Made by a program: the position numbers and the translations under genes. A DNA stretch of 57,740 bases, counting the filler, from Sphacelaria rigidula (lineage: Eukaryota): NCBI GenBank assembly GCA_964200075.2. It is 7 parts of 7 records of this genome, joined end to end, with 100 filler letters (N's around TTAATTAATTAA, not from the genome) between each part and the next. Parts side by side here need not be neighbours in the genome. Positions count along the whole stretch, not along the records: positions 49,579 to 57,740 come from CAXNAA020012078.1; 6 more parts are not named here. One strand, 5' to 3'. Each line of letters begins with the position of its first letter. The first letter of the stretch is position 1. A model generated the notes under the pieces. That model was given only the letters and a program-made list of their open reading frames with translations, searched no databases and had not been told where the DNA came from. Below are positions 54,589 to 57,740 of this stretch, piece after piece.

Positions 54589-56441
54589 TCAAATATTTGA
54601 CCTTGACGGCGAGCAGTTGATAGTTTTTGCACGAGAGAAGCATTCATCTATGGAATTAAGTGACAAACAGTTGCATGGGCACAAATAGATGAACAAAATA
54701 CCAGGTTAGCGTCTCCGTGGCACAGGGTGCGTGAATGAGTTGACTCTTCAATCCAAGCAAGAGCAGATAGAGAGTTGCACACGGTCCGTTTGCGCCCCGC
54801 ATGACTAGGACTCGGGGACTCGGGGGTTTGGGATCTTCCGAGAGTGTGTCATGTTGATGCAGTCTTGTGTACCTACCTGTGCATAGCCAAGAATTGTTCA
54901 CCTTCCCCCCTTGGAAATGACGCTGTTGGATAGCAGCAGTAAGGGTGAGCTTGACGGAAATATCTGTGGACATTGACTAGCAGTTGGGAATCGAGCGTCT
55001 GTGTGGCAGATCGCTCAACGAGGGAATTGAGGGCTAGGTCATGAACGAGTGAATTTCCCAGATCCCAACAAAAAACCCGCTGGCAAGGTTACAGGACTCA
55101 GAAGATCGGGGTCATTATTGAGGCTGGATCAGAGTTGGTGTGGAGAGCGATGATGTGTATTTCCCAGGTTATTGACGTATTCTCAACTGTGATTCGCGTT
55201 TTTCTCCGCGTCTGGTTTGATGTACTCAGCGGGGGCGTTTGGACTTCAAGCGCAGTTCAAAAAGTTACAGCACGTTTGTTGATTATTTTATTGGTCACAG
55301 ACACATCATGGTCCAACGACAAAACAAAAGTATATGACTCCTCTTGTTAATGCTTTTGGTGGCTTGGAGTCTTTGGCGCGGACAAGCGTCGGAGCCGTGA
55401 AAGGTAACCAGGAGCGCTTTTCAGAACCTGCTCGTGGTCCACGGACACCATAATAGGGTAGACGTGAATTCGTACCACTCCTCTCGCGGGATTTCCCGCC
55501 TTCTCGCTTCTGTTCAAACATATCAAATAACAGATAACGCGGACAGCACCCACGTGATGAAAACAGCCAGCCCCTGGAATCACATGCCTTAGTCGCTACG
55601 ACCTCAGCTTCATCACAGTAGAGAAGGAGCAAAACACGATATTGTGTTACTACAGTAGACGAGAGAAGCGCGTCGAATGTGCGGGTGCGGGAATGTCCCA
55701 TGCTAACCCTTGGTTGCCTCGATTCGAGTCACGATGGGGAGAACCTGCAAAAGGGATTAAACGTCGCGAGAGTCGGCCACCCGCAGCTTGGCTGCCTACG
55801 AGCTTGCCTTCATTCAAAACACGTACAAGGGCAACAGAAGTGGAAGCCGGTTCCAATTGAGGATGCTTTTGTCCCCGGGAGGCCTTCAACCGAGGTGGTT
55901 TCATCACCCGCGATGCGGTCGGGTCCGAGTTGCAAATGCTTGTCTACTCCATGTTGGCCGAATAGGTGCACGGGCAAAATCGCAGTTGTATCCACGGGAT
56001 TTTGGGACGGCGTCAACATCCAATCAGTCATTGGACAAGCTCAAAGACGGTGTCAATCTGCGTGCGTTCTCGACCAATCAACACTTGAGTATAACATACT
56101 GAAAAAAGCAAAAGTAGCAGCCTTTGACAAAGGGCATCTCCCGATGAGGAAGGGGTACCGGCGGGAATTCAAGTGTTTTCTGCTACAACGTACACTTTAT
56201 TCCATCCATCCCGCCAGAGCAACCAAAACAGGAATGTCCTATGGCTCAAAGCACATTACCACTAGTACGACAACGAGATGTCCATTTATCGTGAGGCTCA
56301 TCGAGGATCGACTCATGATCCCCTTCGCTTTACACAGTCCGCGTGAGATAGAGCGTGCATCCACCACGAACTCCCCCCACCCACCCGCTCCCGAACTTAG
56401 ACTCAGCACAACAGCCCAAGCACGTGAGACTCAAGCTTGCC

Positions 56442-57466
56442 CTAAGCTGGAGTGATGACCTGCTTCAACGAGTATGTCTCTCCAGGAGCAACGCTGAACA
56501 GTTCAGAGTGGCAGTTTAAAAGGGGGAAGGGGGGAGGGGGGGGGGGGGCAGAAAAGAGGTGGGGCAACGGAGGTGACGGAGGGGTCGTGAGTGTATGCCA
56601 GAACAGATAACACGCTATGCAGAGGGATGCCCGATAGATAAATGTAATACCTTGAAGTAATAAGGCCACATCACCAGTCGCACGTTGGGTACAACTCACA
56701 ACGCATGCACAACACAGCACAGCTCTGATATTCATGTACGTGACAGTACTGCATTCTGAACATGAAGGGGTGGGGCTCGATGGGTGGCCTAAATATCAGT
56801 ACGTAGTTGAAATCGCTCCAGCTCGGCTCCGGATTCAGACGGTTGAATACATAGTTGACTTTAATGCAGGCCATCGCTTTCGTAACTTTGGAGGGCTCAC
56901 AGTCCTAAGCGCTCCCCAAGCGTGTGCGTAGCACGCACTTTGACTATACGCGGCACTTCAGATGCCGATTCGAGGCCAAACAAGTCACACTTTGCAGAGG
57001 GCTGGGGTTTGGATCGGAGATAGCATTACGGTTGGACGAAAATCATGTTACATCATCGGATTCTGAAACTGAACTGGGATAAACGCGCCCCTAAATAAAG
57101 GCACATTGAGAAAGCGGTCGGCGGCGTCCTCGAAAACCGGCCGAGCGCCTACGGTAAGTATTGCTGATGTCAAACTGCGCCCGGCAGGCTAAACCTCAGC
57201 GGTAACTAGGCGGCGAGCGGAGTGTTGAATCAAAGGTTCGTGGCGGAAAGGTCAGCACACTACACTTCTCACTTAGCTGGAAAAAAATTGTCGTTGGAAA
57301 TATGAAACTCCAACGAGCACATGGGCGTTCGGCATGTCGTGAATCCCCACAAGACCAAAAAATACTCGACACACGTCATTCGCTATTACCTGTAGAACTT
57401 GCTAACAACCCCCGGCTCGATGCATACCATGTTGTGGTATTCCTCGTCCCCGAAGTCGGCGAGGCT
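56442..57466 (-). CDS. Glucose-6-phosphate 1-epimerase-like (aldose 1-epimerase family), last two exons
   Basis: Exon 57466-57390 (SLADFGDEEYHNMVCIEPG) splices in phase to exon 56493-56442 (VAPGETYSLKQVITPA*). DFGDxEY..MxCxE is the C-terminal motif of hexose-6-phosphate mutarotases. Confidence 0.82.
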
Positions 57467-57740
57467 CTGCAGCCATTCGTTGCATGTCGGCACAATGCGG
57501 GGCGACGCGAGCAGCGAAAAAACAGAAAGTTTTAGAGCAGGCGAGAGAGCAAGTGGAGCAACCGGAATGAGGAAGATGGCCGAGGGCGCTCGAGTCGCGA
57601 ATCTTGCGGAAGCAGAGCGAAAAAATGAACTTGATCCCCGTAAGCAAGCGCAGCGGGGAGGGGGAGGGGGGGGGGGGGGGGGGGCGTTCGTGTTTGTTGC
57701 TTGGCTTGGTGGTTTGGCCTGTCACCCCCCCTCCCTTTTG

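Overview
This is not one continuous locus. It is seven unrelated contigs of almost identical length (8162-8163 bp) joined by artificial 100-bp linkers (N44-TTAATTAATTAA-N44). The DNA is eukaryotic and intron-rich with long GT-AG introns, and its repeats look like those of a brown alga (Ectocarpus-like); that taxonomy is inferred. Most ORFs in the six-frame track are spurious. Five spliced, partial host genes can be rebuilt exon by exon: a NAT9-type GNAT acetyltransferase (contig 1, +), a POT/PTR peptide transporter (contig 2, -), a Rubisco-LSMT-type SET protein with altered catalytic motifs (contig 5, +), and the 3' ends of cytoplasmic dynein-2 heavy chain (+) and a glucose-6-phosphate 1-epimerase-like gene (-), which converge in contig 7. 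The rest is a dense, nested set of mobile elements: a decayed Ty3/Gypsy element with TSD, a piggyBac relic, a hAT-like element, a Tc1/mariner-type element carrying a tRNA-like module, two MITE families with 4-bp TSDs, a prolific family with AACAG termini, tRNA-derived SINEs and LINE 3' ends. I found no convincing multi-gene novel system. The best leads are the possible SET pseudo-enzyme and several unusual transposon architectures.
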